Shown here in pieces: positions 13,712 through 27,749 of a DNA stretch of 64,000 nt. Each line of letters begins with the position of its first letter. Positions within the stretch are counted from its first letter, which is position 1. Origin of the DNA: Eledone cirrhosa (Eukaryota); the NCBI GenBank assembly GCA_964016885.1, contig OZ024755.1, positions 37,882,001 through 37,946,000 of the forward strand, read 5' to 3'. Under the pieces are notes generated by a model, which was not told the origin of the DNA, did no database searches, and was given only the letters and a program-made list of their open reading frames with translations. Made by a program: the position numbers and the translations under genes.

Positions 13712-14250
13712 CTAGCTGATGTACCCAGCTTCGCCCGGGTAAACAGATGATAAGAGAAGACAGGTGAAAGAGAAAATGACTGTATTGGATGTTTGTCTGG
13801 TGACAGTATGAGGCTAGTCCATGGTGTCTGTCATCATCATCATCACCGTTTTACGTCCGTTCTTCCACGCTAGCATGGGTTAGGTGATACAAAAAACAGT
13901 AAAAAAAATCTTCCAGATATACCAGATTCTTCGTTGTACCGTTTGTGCATAGTATATGAACAATTCTAGGTACTCCCACCTAGAATAGTGACCTCCAGGA
14001 GATGGTTCATCTTCTGCCTGACTGTAAAACGTGTATCATTGCATAGACATGGTTGTTCCACGTTTCTCAAAAGGATGATGGAAGTTCCAATCTTTTATAT
14101 TATATGTAGATATAGATATAGATAATTAATATAAAAGATGTCCATCAATGTAAAAAAAGGTCCCTATTTACTCCCTTCACAACTCTGTGTATGTTAGACT
14201 GACAGACAGGCACACAGACATATAAACAACATGGCGATTGTGGAACGCCA
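13712..14250 (-). mobile_element. Helitron-like non-autonomous element (partial)
   Basis: Minus-strand 3' end has a GC hairpin (ACCCGGGCGAAGCTGGGT) followed by CTAG|T, as at 57311-57340; contains a short RTE tail near 13833-13885. Confidence 0.55.
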
Positions 14251-15024
14251 CACACATACACGCATGGATGAAAGGCAAAGTTAACCTCAGCGGGATTTGA
14301 TCTCAGATCATAAAGGGTCGTAACTCTATGCTGCAAAGCATGGCATCTGACCCTCTACCAATACTGCCAATCCACCGGTCCTATTTCATTTAATAATAAT
14401 AATAATAATAATATATTATAATGAAATTATTGTGTACAGTGCTGAGGTGCACTGTATTTAGAAATACAGCCACGAATAAGTTAATTTTTGTTGTTTTTAA
14501 TGGTTAAAATGTTTTTTTTTAATGGTTAAAATGGCTCTTCCACAAAGTAATTAATTTAGTCTCAGATGATGCCACTTACCATTTATTTTTAGATACAGTT
14601 TATAATTATTATTATTTACTTATTGTTGTTATTTTATTTTCACGTGTACTGCTTGACTAAAATATATATTTATAGATAGCAAATGGAACTCTTTTCTTTT
14701 GTGAGGATGAGTTCTCTTGGTCATGGGATGCAGTTTCATTTACGTAAATGTATCACCTCTCCCTTGTTAATGATGCTGAAGTTTGTTATATATATAAGCA
14801 ATGGTGTTTATTTTTGATATATTTCGCTGTTTCCAACAGTATCTTTATATGGACACAGTACTCACTTCACCTATTTAAGTGTTTTACTGTTCTATTACTT
14901 TGTAAACCTCAGGAGACTCATTTTCTCAATGCCCTACTACTACTACTACTACTACTTCTACTACTACTGCTGCTGCTGCTACTTCTGCTGCTTCTTCAAG
15001 TGTTTAATTAGTTATGTTTCTCTA

Positions 15025-15405
15025 GATTGCCAGTATCAGTAGAGGGTCTGACGCCATGCTTTGCAGCGAAGAGTTATGTCCCTTTACGATCTGAGTTCAA
15101 ATCCTGCCGAGTTTAACTTTGCCTTTCATTCTTACAGGGTCGATAAAATAAAGTACCAGTAATACACTGGGATAATTACTGGCCTTGTGCCAAAAGTAGA
15201 AACAATTATCATTATTATTAGGTGGATTGCAGTATTGGTAGATTGTCAGACACCATGCTTTGACACAGAGTTATGGCTCTTTGCCATTCTGAGTTCAAAT
15301 CCCACCGAGGTTAACTTTGCCTTTCATCCTTACGGGGTCGATAAAATAAAGTACCAGTAATGTACTGAGATAATTGCTGGCCTTGTGCTAAAAGTAGAAA
15401 CAATT
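15025..15405 (+). mobile_element. Two tandem Nin/Deu-like SINEs
   Basis: Match the family consensus, with (ATT)n tails. Confidence 0.8.
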
Positions 15406-15414
15406 ATTATTATT

Positions 15415-16305
15415 AAAACTAATGGACCATGTTAGGAAATTGGCCGAAAAAGTTATAGTGCAGCTAATTAGGGAAAGAGTCAAAATAGACGAGCTACATT
15501 TTGGTTTCACACCTGGGAAAAGTACTACAGATGCACTCTTCTTAGTGAGGCAACTACAAAAGAAGTTCCTAGCCAAAAATAAACTACCATATTTAGCTTC
15601 TGTGATCTAGAGAAGGTCTTTGACAGAGCACCTCAATCTATTATCTGGTGGTCCTTAAGGAAATTAGGTGTAGAATTAGGCTTGTGAAAGTAGGAAATGA
15701 GTTTAGCGAGAAATTCAAGGTACAGATAGGATTTCATCAAAGTTCAGTTATTAGCCTACTGCTGTTCTTCATAGTTCTTCAGGCCATAAGAGAGGAGTTT
15801 AAAACATGCTGCCCTTGGAAGCTTCTCTATGCAGATGATTCAGTTCTTATAGCTAAAACCAAAACAGAACTAGAAAATAAATTCAGATTATAGAAACTGA
15901 GTTTGAAGGTAAACTTAGCCAAAACTAAAGTGTAGTGAGTAGGAGAGAAGATAGGACCCAGATTCCTTCAGAGAAGTGGCCCTTTCAATATGCAGAAAAG
16001 GACTAGGCATAAACTCCATACAATGTACACAATGTAAATCTTAGGGAACAAAAGATGTAGTGGGATAACAAGTAGACTAACAGGAAGGGAAAAACCTTCC
16101 TTGTAGAAAATACACAAGAGAAATGGAGAGGAAGACTGCTAATGATATAAACCTTTTCCACAGGAAGGATCCATAGACGTGGTTGATAGCTTCTGCTATC
16201 TAGGTGACCTAATTAGTAGTGGGGGTGGGTGTGCTGAGAGTATAATAGCTAGAATAAGGATAGGATGGAAGAAGTTTAGAGAACTGCTCCCACTGCTGAC
16301 AACAG
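15415..16305 (+). pseudogene. Older RTE reverse transcriptase fragment
   Basis: FGFTPGKSTTDALFLVRQLQ, KLLYADD and DSFCYLGD..GWKKFRELLPLL, with frameshifts and stops. Confidence 0.85.
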
Positions 16306-17029
16306 CCTTAAAAAGAATGATGGTTATGATGATGATTATTTCAACATTTGGAGTGGAGGTAAAGTCTATTATATCAACCACAGTACTTGACTGGTACTTT
16401 ATTTTATCGACCATGAAAGGCAAAGTTGACCTCGGCGGAATTTGAATGAAAGTGCTGTAACTATATGCCGCAAATCATGTTGTCCGACGCTCTACCAATT
16501 CTGCCAATCCACCGCCTGATAACGATATGTGTTATTAATGGTAACTGTTTAGTTTGAAGGTTTGCAAACATTACCAGCTTATCAAAACAGTTTTGATAAG
16601 TCAGTAATTTTGGCAAAACTTCAAAGTAAACAACCACCATTAATAAGATATATATTGACTCTATTTAGTTTATAAGTCAATGGTGTTTGGCTCACAATCG
16701 CTATGTCATTAGTTCGATTCCTGGACTTGGCAGCACATTGTGTCTTTGAGCAAGACACTTTATTTCACATTGCTCCAGTCATCTCAGCTGGAAAAAATGT
16801 GTTGTACCTGTAATTCAAGAGATCAGCCTTGTCATGCATTATGTCACACTAAATCTCCCTTAAGGTTGCATGTTTCTGTGGAATGCTTAGCCACTTACAT
16901 CTCTAGGGATACGGGAATCAGTAGACAGGACCTGGGGGCAGCGATGGGGGACAGGGAATTCTGGGGCATGAGAGTGAGATCCATCATCTCGACAGTAGTC
17001 GACGAGTGATGATGATGACGTCCTCTTTT

Positions 17030-18110
17030 TTTCCTCCACCTCCTCTTCCTACTTCTTCCACTTATTTCTGAGATGGTCATGGGTGCAGAGTCCTGAAACA
17101 CTCCTTCCAACATGTCCTGTCAGAAGCAACCATTTCCAACTGATCCGGCTGGATCCCCAAGCGTGACCAGTTGATCTAATGGATGTAATCCAACCATCTT
17201 GCTGGGGAAATCCCCTGGGTCTCCTGCCAGCTGGTTTTGCCTGTAAAATCTGCCCAGTGATTCTTGAGACATTCTAACCACATACCCATAGTACCGGAGC
17301 TGTGATCACTCAATTCAGAGAAGTAGAGGCTCTACCTGGAGTGACTCTCACACGCTATCAAGTAACATTACTCCAAAGATTCTTCGGAGGAACATCATTT
17401 TGATCACTTGTATTTACGATCGTATTCCTTCGGTCATTTCCCAAGATTCATGACCATAGGTAAGGGTTGGCACAAACACCTAATTGAAGAGACAGCGAGT
17501 TTGGTTTTTACACCTACCTCCCTTCTTCTGATGACCAGCTCCTGCAATTCTTACACTTAATTCAGCCTCCTGCCTTTCATCACTCGTGAACAAGGCCCTG
17601 AGATACTTGAACTTCTGGACCTGCTTCAGTCGAACTCCAGTGTACTGCGCAGGCTTCTTTTGAGAGGACGAGTGTCTCAGTTTTTGCAGCACTGATTTTC
17701 ATTCCAGCCACGCAGCACTCAGCATGAAACCTATCACGTACTAGTTGGAGATCACCATGTCTGCAAATTCCAGCCGACTGATTTTACCCGCCAGTCATGA
17801 TACCACTTCCAGCCTGGTTGCGCATGTCAATCCTGCTCATGAAAATAATGAACAGGAGAGGTGATAGTACACATCATTTGCAGAGTCCAACTCCCACATT
17901 GAATGGTTTCGATTTAGCACCATTTATCCAAACACAAATACTCAGGCATTCATATAGAGACATCAGAGCAGCAAGCAACTGACCATCAATCCCATACTTC
18001 TGCAGAACCTTCACAGCGGGTCTTGTGGAATGTGGTCATATGCTTTTTCGAGGTCTACAAATTAATAATACACCTCTTGGCAGTACTCCCACAATTTCTG
18101 AAAGACTTGT
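17030..18110 (-). mobile_element. Decayed RTE (Expander/Rex3-like) fragment
   Basis: VQKFKYL..FTSD; DLEKAYD (gacctcgaaaaagcatatgac on minus); LSPLLFIIFM. Confidence 0.65.
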
Positions 18111-18786
18111 TAATTGAATCTTGAATCAACTGGAACACTCGTTGGAAATAACAAAGGAGTGAGATATAGGCCCCAGCCCATCTGATAGATCAGTAGCTGT
18201 GTTTGAGTATTGACACAGTCTGTGAAGACCAACATTTGCTTTAACTAGAACACCATTCTATGTTATCCACAAACTCAAATGCAAGTCATCTTACCGTCAA
18301 CCCTACCCACCATATGCCAGCCACATCAGCCATAAAGTAAATTGAAACACATTTTTTGAAACCATATCTCAACCATCTCAGTAATAAAAAAAAAAAACAA
18401 TCCACTCTAATTAGTGGTATTTTGGGGCAACTGATATCATCAGGCTGTAGCTGTCTTCTTTCATGCACACACATACACATACACACACACATGCACACAC
18501 ATACACATGCACACACACACAAGCACACAACTGACAGGTGACATCACTGATGTTTTTTTACCTTTTTTTCTCCATTTTCTTTTTTCTCGTCTTCCTTTTT
18601 CTTCTCTTGCCAAAAAAATCTTCTCTTTCTGTCTATTTGTTTGATGATGGACTAGTATCAGAAATATTGAAAATTGTTTTATAACTTCTTTTGAGTTTTA
18701 AGTGAATATACTATTGTAATGTGTAGTTATCTGGTACTGTTTCTTTATGATAAAAACTATATAAACATGATATTATTTACAGTAAC

Positions 18787-19045
18787 AGTTCAAATCCCGC
18801 CGAGGTTGACTTTGCCTTTCATCCTTACGGGGTCGATAAAATAAAGTACCAGTAATGCACTGGGTAATTGCTGGCCTTGTGCCTAAAGTAGAAACAATTA
18901 TTTACAGTAACAGTCATAATAATTGTTTCTACTTTTGGCACAAGGCCAGCAATTACCCAGTTAATTACTGATACTTTATTTTATCGACCCCATAAGGATG
19001 AAAGGCAAAGTTAACCTCAACGGGATTTGAACTCAGACCAATCCC
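18787..19045. mobile_element. Tail-to-tail pair of truncated Nin/Deu-like SINEs; the left copy has a 17-bp TSD
   Basis: TTATTTACAGTAACAGT near 18773-18789 and 18898-18914; the right copy is inverted. Confidence 0.75.
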
Positions 19046-19279
19046 GCCGACAACTATAAAGACAGCAATAATAATAAAAGGGGGGGAAACAAAGGAAGGA
19101 AGGAAGGACTAGGGAAATATAGAGAAAAGAAGAGAGAAAGAATAGGAAGGAGAGGGGATGACTAGAGCTTTGGTGTCATACAAGAGGGGGAGGGGGAGGG
19201 TGATTGGGCCTAGGGCAAGAGGGCAGAAGTGCTGCGTCCCGCGGACAAGACGGCAAAAGCATTTATGTTTTTAACTTGC

Positions 19280-21171
19280 ATATTATATACACACAGACAT
19301 GTATGTATATAATGTATGATCTGTGGTTATATTATATACACACAGACATGTATGTATATAATGTATGATCTGTGGTTATATTATATACACACAGACATGT
19401 ATGTATAATGTATGACCTGTGGTTATATTATATACACACATACATGTATGTATAATGTATGATCTGTGGTTATATTATATACACACAGACATGTGTGTAT
19501 ATAATGTATGAACTGTAGTTATATTATATACACACAGACATGTATGTATAATGTATGATCTGTGGTTATATTATATACACACAGACATGTGTGTATATAA
19601 TGTATGAACTGTAGTTATATTATATACACACAGACATGTATGTATAATGTATGACCTGTGGTTATATTATATACACACAGACGTGTGTGTATATAATGTA
19701 TGAACTGTAGTTATATTATATACACACAGACATGTATGTATAATGTATGATCTGTGGTTATATTATATACACACAGACATGTGTGTATATAATGTATGAA
19801 CTGTGGTTATATTATATATACACACATGTATGTATAATGTATGACCTGTGGTTATATTATATACACAGACATGTATGTATAATGTATGACCTGTGGTTAT
19901 ATTATATACACACAGACGTGTGTATAATGTATGACCTGTGGTTATATTATATACACACAGATAAGTGTGTATATAATGTATGAACTGTGGTTATATTATA
20001 TACACACATACATGTATGTATAATGTATGATCTGTGATGATATTATATACACACATACATGTATGTATAATGTATGATCTGTGGTGATATTATATACACA
20101 CAGACATGTATGTATAATGTATGACCTGTGGTTATATTATATACACACAGACATGTATGTATAATGTATGACCTGTGGTTATATTATATACACAGACATG
20201 TATGTATAATCTATGACCTATGGTTGTATTATATACACACAGACATGTATGTATAATCTATGACCTGTGGTTATATTATATACACACAGACATGTATGTA
20301 TAATGTATGATCTGTGGTGATAATATATACACACAGGTATGTATGTATAATCTATGACCTGTGGTTATATTATATACACACAGACATGTGTGTATAATGT
20401 ATGATCTGTGGTTATATTATATACACACATACATGTATGTATAATGTATGATCTGTGGTGATATTATATACACACAGACATGTATGTATAATGTATGACC
20501 TGTGGTTATATTATATACACACAGACATGTATGTATAATGTATGACCTGTGGTTATATTATATACACACATATGTATAATCTATGACCTGTGGTTATATT
20601 ATATACACACAGACATGTAAGTATAATCTATGACCTGTGGTTATATTATATACACACAGACATGTATGTATAATGTATGATCTGTGGTGATATTATATAC
20701 ACACAGACATGTATGTATAATGTATAACCTGTGGTTATATTATATACACACATATGTATAATCTATGACCTGTGGTTATATTATATACACACAGACATGT
20801 AAGTATAATCTATGACCTGTGGTTATATTATATACACACATACATGTATGTATAATGTATGATCTGTGGTGATATTATATATACACAGACATGTATGTAT
20901 AATCTATTACCTGTAGTTATATTATATACATACATACATGTATGTATAATGTATGATCTGTGGTGATATTATATACACACAGACATGTATGTATAATGTA
21001 TGATCTGTGGTGATATTATATACACACAGACATGTATGTATAATGTATGACCTGTGGTTATATTATATACACACAGACATGTATGTATAATGTATGACCT
21101 GTGGTTATATAATATACACACAGACATGTATGTATAATGTATAACCTGTGGTTATATTATATACACACAGA
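19280..21171. repeat. ~47-bp satellite (TATATTATATACACACAGACATGTATGTATAATGTATGACCTGTGGT)n
   Basis: Period 47 (e.g. 20101 and 20148); about 40 copies. Confidence 0.95.
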
Positions 21172-22006
21172 TAAAAAAGTGCAGGGCAATGAAAATTGAT
21201 GGAAACTACGGAGTGGGTAGACCAAGAAATACCTGGGACGAGGTGATAAAACTGACCTTGCTCACTTTCACCTCTCTAAGACAATGTCACTGGATCGAGA
21301 TCTTTCGCACCTTCCCTTGCATACAAACCTACAGTCAGTAGGGACCTCTTAACCCAATATACACCCCACCTCTATACACCCTACCCCATCCTCCCATTTC
21401 CATCCACTCTGTCGATGACACAACAAAAGGCTCCCAGTCCACACTGTAAAGTGGTCATGTAGGAGACAGGGTAACACGGCTCCCAGTCCACACTGTAAAG
21501 TGGTCGTGTAGGAGACACGGTAAAAAGGCTCCCAGTCCACACTGTAAGGTGGTCATGTAGGAGACAGGGTAACACGGCTCCCAGTCCACACTGTAAAGTG
21601 GTCGTGTAGGAGACACGGTAAAAAGGCTCCCAGTCCACACTGTAAAGTGGTCGTGTAGGAGACATGGTAAAACGGCTCCCAGTCTACACTGTAAGGTGGT
21701 CATGTAGGAGACACGGTAAAACGGCACCCAGTCTACACTGTAAGGTGGTCATGTAGGAGACACGGTAAAAAGGCTCCCAGTCCATACTGTAAGGTGGTCG
21801 CGTAGGAGACATGGCAAAACGGCTCCCAATCCACACTGTAAAAGTGGTTGGTGTTAAGAAGGGCATCCAGCCGTAGAAAACCTGCCAGAGACATTCTGTA
21901 CGAGTGAGACACGGTCTCCCGACCAATCTCGCAATCTTGCATCAAATGGAACAAAACCATCTAACCCATGCTCGTGTGGAAGTTGGACGTTAAACGATGA
22001 TGATGA
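21171..22006 (+). mobile_element. RTE 3' fragment with a 49-bp tandem expansion in the 3' UTR
   Basis: IKKCRAMKIDGNYGVGRPRNTWDEVIK; units at 21429, 21478, 21527 and onward; (GAT)n tail. Confidence 0.85.
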
Positions 22007-22044
22007 TATGTGTGTGTAGATGTATGAGCTGTAGTTATATTATA

Positions 22045-22776
22045 CTAGCAGAATGACCCGGCATTGCTCGGGCTTCTAAACATGGATTGGCATGTTTATC
22101 CCTCCTTTCTGAAACAGTGCAGAGAAGTACGGAATACCTCAGCCTGGGGATGGTGTCTACATTCTGTGCTTATAAAAAAAATTTGTCGTAGATTACCAGG
22201 GGTTTAACTTAATTGGGTGCCTGAGAGTAAAATGTTCAAAAACAAAGATGATAGGGTTAAGTAAAAAGGCATTCGACAAACCGAACATGTATTTGTTGTG
22301 CTATGGTACTATGGTACAATGAAAGCATGTGGGACTGCAGAGAGCATGAAGGAATTTAGTTGGATACTTTTAAGGTTACAAAAACCTACCCAATCTGATA
22401 TAGACCGAACTGTTACATCGGATGCCGAACGCTTCGGAGTTACTATTGGGGTCACCATCAACAATTTCAAGGGATGTACATTTAATTAGGGATAATATAG
22501 TCTATAAAGAGAGGTAACTCTTTCAAAATACTAAAGAGTTCTTTCTTGAACATTGTAGACAAAATTGCCGACAAAAAGGGTTTAAAGTTTTAATGAAAAA
22601 AACGCCTTTAACAACAGAAAATTGAAAAATAAAAGCCACAGTTAATATTTTCAGACAGCAAGGAATATATAAATGCAAGTTTGAAGTCAATCAGAGTAGA
22701 AATGTGGATTTGTATAGACTTTGCAAAAATTAGGGGACACACACACAGACAACTACAGTTTTATATATATATGTAT
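22045..22776 (-). mobile_element. Helitron-like non-autonomous element
   Basis: Minus-strand 3' end CCCGAGCAATGCCGGGTCATTCTG-CTAG|T; 5' end TATATAAAACTGTAGTTGTCTGTGTG. Confidence 0.6.
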
Positions 22777-22815
22777 AGGCACCCAATTAAGTTAAAGCCC
22801 TGGTAACCTACGATG

Positions 22816-23157
22816 GGAGGCACATGGCTTAGTGGTTAGAGCATTGGCCTTGCAATCGAAAGGTTGTGAGTACAATTCTCAGGGCAGGTGATGTGTTGTG
22901 TACTTGAGCAAGACACTTTATTTCACATTGTTCCAGTTTACTCAGCTGTAGAAATGAGATGATAGGGACTGGGGTCCATATCATTCCACTGTAAAGTGGT
23001 CGTGGAGGTGCCACGGCAAAAAAGCACCCAGCACTCACTGTAAATGAGGTTGGTGTTAGGAAGGGCATCCAACTGTAGAAATCAAGTCAGAATCAGTTCC
23101 CATCCCACCCTTGCAAGCAGGGAAAAGCGGACGTAAAATGATGATGAAAGGATGATG
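22816..23157 (+). mobile_element. CORE-type tRNA SINE
   Basis: Same family as 386-857. Confidence 0.85.
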
Positions 23158-23650
23158 TATAGATAGATACAAACAAACGTGTGTGTGTACATGTATGAAC
23201 TGTGGTTATTTCTGTGCAATCACTTTATGTTAATAATATCCAGGAATTTGGACTATACACCAGTTTCCCATTGGACTTTCATAATAGCTGCTCCTGCAGC
23301 AGCAAAAAAGATATTTAGATATATTACGTAACAACTGAAATTGTTTGGCAAGACTAGATATAAAAACATTGTAGGATGAAACACTCACAAACGGTAAATA
23401 GAAATTCGGTTAATAGTTCAGAAAATGTCTGTTACTACTGCTACTACTACCTGCTTGCTCACCTTTTGGTTATTGTATTTTTTTTTTGTTTTTCTTTACT
23501 TGTTGAATATATTCCTCTTAAGAGAAATATTTTCTTCATATCTGCGGTTGATGCCCTCTATTTTCGGAGTTTGTTATTTTATGATTTGTTTTCTTTTTAT
23601 TGTTGTTGTTATAACTCACTCCAATGTAAGAAGTTTTTCAGGTTTTTTAA

Positions 23651-23871
23651 CCCTTTAGCATTTAAACCGGCCATAACCAGCCAGAATTCTCTCACCTCTT
23701 TCTGTTCAAACCGACTGTAACCAGCCACTCATACTGATGTTACGGTATTGTTCTCAAAATAAATAACATCAAAATCTCATAGATTCGGTATTGTGTGAGA
23801 TAATTATGTAAAATAAAGCCTTTACCACAAAAATACAATAGTATATATAGAGTAATGTAAATGCTAAAGGG
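23651..23871. mobile_element. piggyBac-like MITE (family A)
   Basis: TTAA|CCCTTTAGCATTTA ... TAAATGCTAAAGGG|TTAG: 14-bp TIRs; further copies near 32570-32783, 33785-33909, 42540-47706, 59539-59831 and 61402-61768. Confidence 0.8.
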
Positions 23872-24041
23872 TTAGTCATGGGAGCCCTCAATCCTACCAT
23901 GGTGAAGATATGTGGCCCAGTGGTTAAGATGTTGGTCTCATGAACATAATTATAGGCAGTGTCTATCATTAGCAATATGATGATAGAGTTAATAATTCAC
24001 AAACTATAGGCAGTGTCTATCATTAGCAGTATGATAGAATT

Positions 24042-24907
24042 GTGCCTAACACACGTGGACATGCCTACAAAGTCAGAAAACAGCACAGCTCTCATGACTT
24101 TTGGAAACATATTTTCACACTACCTGCATCAGTTGTTAGCTGTCGTGACACTGCATCTTTTAACACCTCCATGGAACAAACTACCTGCATCAGTTGTTAG
24201 CTGTCGAGACACTGCATCTTTTAAAACCTCCATGGAACAAACTCCCTGCATCAGTTATTAGCTGTCGAGACACTGCATCCTTTAAAACCTCCATGGAACA
24301 AACTACCTGCATCAGTTGTTAGCTGTCGAGACACTGCATCTTTTAAAACCTCCATGGAACAAACTACCTGCATCAGTTATTAGCTGTCGAGACACTGCAT
24401 CCTTTAAAACCTCCATGGAACAAACTACCTGCATCAGTTGTTAGCTGTTGAGACACTGCATCCTTTAAAACCTCCATGGAACAAACTACCAGCATCAGTT
24501 GTTAGCTGTCGAGACACTGCATCCTTTAAAACCTCCATGGAACAAACTACCTGCATCAGTTATTAGCTGTCGGGACACTGCATCCTTTAAAACCTCCATG
24601 GAACAAACTACCTGCATCAGTTATTAGCTGTCGAGACACTGCATCCTTTACAACCTCCATGGAACAAGCTACCTGCATCAGTTATTAGCTGTCGGGACAC
24701 TGCATCCTTTAAAACCTCCATGCTTCCTGAGATTCGCCAACACTACACCTGATATTCCCCCTCCATACACACGCACACATGTATATCATGACTCACACTA
24801 TTCACTTCCCTGACATTTGTATATTATTCTATGTACTATACATGCACCTTTGATGAGTTGTAGTGCACCTGAGCACTGTACACAATAATTTCATTATTAT
24901 TATAATT
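24042..24907 (+). mobile_element. CR1/L2-group LINE 3' fragment with ten 61-bp tandem repeats
   Basis: NTRGHAYK and PWNKLPASVV..SFKTS C-terminal motifs; 3' end GTGCACCTGAGCACTGTACACAATAATTTC(ATT)n, also found inverted near 14392-14455; 59-bp flanking duplication. Confidence 0.8.
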
Positions 24908-25419
24908 ATAGAGTTAATAATTCACAAACTATAGGCAGTGTCTATCATTAGCAGTATGATAGAATTAATAATTTAACCAATTGCCTCCAAAATGTTTATT
25001 ATTTTTGAAGGTAAACTGAAGTATTCATGAGAAATATGGCCAGTAAAGTGTTAAATGAAGTTATAATGGAACATAGGTTTGGTTTCTGACCATACAGTAT
25101 GTTGTCTTCTTGAGCAAGGTGTTTCATTTCACATTGCATTTCATGATAGAATTAACACCCTTATCAATAAACACTTTAGAAAGGTCATATGAGATGTAAC
25201 CCCGAAGGAGGCCAGCTAAGCCTGTGTAGGTCTGAGCTGTAAATTTCATTTAATTTTCAGTCCTATCATAAAAGATTTAAGTTTTGGGTTCAAACCATGG
25301 TTTAACTTTGCTTTTCATCCTTACTGGGTTGATAAAATAAAGTAACAGTAATGCTGTAGAGTCGATATAATTAACTTTCTCCTTCCCTTCAAATTGTTGG
25401 CCTTGTGCCTAAATCAGAA

Positions 25420-25640
25420 ATCATTATTATTATTTCCATTGTTATTTTTATTGCACATCATTACTGCTTTACCGAGCACAGCTCTGTGCACCTTGGGTGT
25501 GTGCAGTGTACTTTTCATAATATGTGTGCAGTGCTTAGTAGTGCTATCTTTTGTATGCTGTATATATTTGTAAGTCCTGGTGTATTCTATATAATATGTG
25601 CAGTACCTAGTAGTGCTATCTTTTGTATGCTGTGTACATA
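25420..25640 (-). mobile_element. R4/Dong-like non-LTR element 3' end remnant
   Basis: Minus strand encodes IQKIALL(G/S)TAHI twice, the conserved C-terminal motif of RLE-type R4-clade elements; (AAT)n tail. Confidence 0.55.
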
Positions 25641-25651
25641 TGTATATATAT

Positions 25652-26267
25652 ATCTAGGGCGGGTAAAATTCCTGAGATCCATGGACGAGTTTTCTCCAGC
25701 GGTCTCTGTCCCTCATTATCGTTGCCATGTCCTGCGTCTCCAACTAACCAGTGTATGTCCTTAGGGCATCAACATACGTTAACCTTGGTCTTCCTCTTCC
25801 AGTGTATCCATGCAGGGGCTCCCACAGGAGCACTGAGTGCAGTGTCAACTCTGGATGTCGGTGAGCATCTCGTGTAGCACCCATCCACCATCTGAGTGAG
25901 TTTCTTGGTCAGTGTCCAAGTCTCAGACACGTACAGCAGCACAGACTCCACTACAGCAATGAAGAGGTAGATTTTCAGGTCTTTACGAAGGTCCGACTTC
26001 CACACCGATCTCAAGCTGTGGCACGCCGCCCAGGCTTTGCTCTTCCTCTCAACCACATCATCTTCCGTATTCCCAATCTTTGCTCCCAAATACAGGAAGT
26101 CCTCAACCAATTATAGCGCCCTCCCGCCTACATTAGTAATCCACTCTGGCTTCTCAACATTCTCTACCAGATATTTTGTTTTAGTCTCATTCATTCTCAG
26201 CCCCACACTCATCGACACAGTCTCAACCTCCTTCATCAAATCTTCTGCCTCCTTCACTGTATTTGTC
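25652..26267 (-). mobile_element. Second RTE-group LINE family, 3' fragment with internal deletion
   Basis: VEDFLYLG..VESVLLY.SETWTLTK..DGCYTR; homologous to 56331-56833 and 33655-33772. Confidence 0.8.
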
Positions 26268-27749
26268 AGCATGGGTTAGACGGGTTGTCCTGTTGTGGGC
26301 AGTGTCTGGTCGGCTGACCATGCCTTGCTCATACAGGAACTGATTTGGCTTGATTTCTACAGCTGGATGCCCTTCCTAACACCAACCTCATTTACAGTGA
26401 GTGCTGGGTGCTTTTTCGTGGCGCCTACACGTCCACTTTACAGTGTGGGCTGGGTGCTTTTTTGCCGTGGCACCTCCACGACCACCTTGCAGTGGGGTGT
26501 GTGGGGGCATATTGTCTATATGCTTCAGCTTGTACCCATGGGAGGTCGGGTACTCTGTATTACTGCGTGACGCCAGAGGTCACGGTCGTGTGTCATCGCC
26601 TTTGAGAGGTGTAATTGGGTAAGGTCGGCTTTTATCACCTCATCCCAGGTCATCTTGGGTCTCCCCCACTCCGCAGTTTCCATCGACTTCTAGTGCTCTG
26701 CACCTTTTTATGCAGCTGTCATCCTTCATACGCATCACATGTCCATACCAACGCAACCGCCTCTCCTGCACACAGCATTTGATTCCTCTTATGCTCAGTC
26801 TCTCTCTCAATTCATTTATGCTTTGTCGTTCACGTATATTACTGTTACACATCCATCGGAGCATGCAGGCTTCGTTTCTCTCTAATCTACGTAAGTCTGC
26901 CACAGACAGCACCCAGGTCTCACTACCATGCAACATTGCTGTTCGGATACACGCATCATACAGTCTGCTTTCATTTTGAGGGAGAAGCCTTTTGCAGCTA
27001 GCAGTGGTAGTAGTTCCCTAAACTTCTTCCATCCTGTTCTTACCCTAGTTATTGTACTTTCTGAACACCCACCTCCGCTGCTAATTCCGTCACCTAGGTA
27101 GCAGAAGCTGTCTACTGTTTCTACAGAGCCCTCCCAGAGATTGGTGGTACTTGTTTCCTGTGGCTGTTTGCTGCTTGCTGTCCCAGCACAGCTGCTGCAT
27201 GTGAAGCCAACATTCTTAATTAAGCTTCCTGAGATCCCGCTACATCTCTTGTGTACCCATTGTTTGCATTTGGGGCAGAGAATGGAGTTCCTACCTACAC
27301 CTTTCCTACATACTGAGCAAGGCCATATCCCTGAGGGGATCTGGGTTCTGTTTTCTCGTCTACTTACAAGGACCTTAGTCTTTGTCATGTTGACTTTGAG
27401 ACCCTTTCTTTCTAGTCCCTACTTCCAAGTTTGGAATTTCTTCTCTAGTTCTACCATAGATTCAGCTATAAGTGTGAGGTCATCAGCATACAGGAGTTCC
27501 CGTGGGCATCCGGTCTTAAACTCCTCCGTTATTGCCTGCAGGACTATGATGAACAGGAGAGGGCTAAGAACAGAGCCCTGGTGGACCCCAACCTGTACGC
27601 TAAATTCCTTGCTATACTCATTGCTAATCCTAACTTTGTTGACTGCTCCCCTATACATGGCTTGTACCGCTTTCACAAGCCATTCATCTACTCCTAGTTT
27701 TCTAAGAGCCTACCAGATTACAGCACGTGGAACTCTGTCAAAGGCTTTC
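26268..27749 (-). mobile_element. 5'-truncated copy of the main RTE family
   Basis: High identity to 43053-44535; LLYADD; frameshifts. Confidence 0.9.

Noticed and set aside
14676-14743. Possible 68-nt exon in unique sequence
   Set aside because: Weak splice signals, two open frames, no recognisable protein motif
24120-24725. Regular 61-bp array resembling CRISPR
   Set aside because: No variable spacers; the unit is CR1 RT coding sequence
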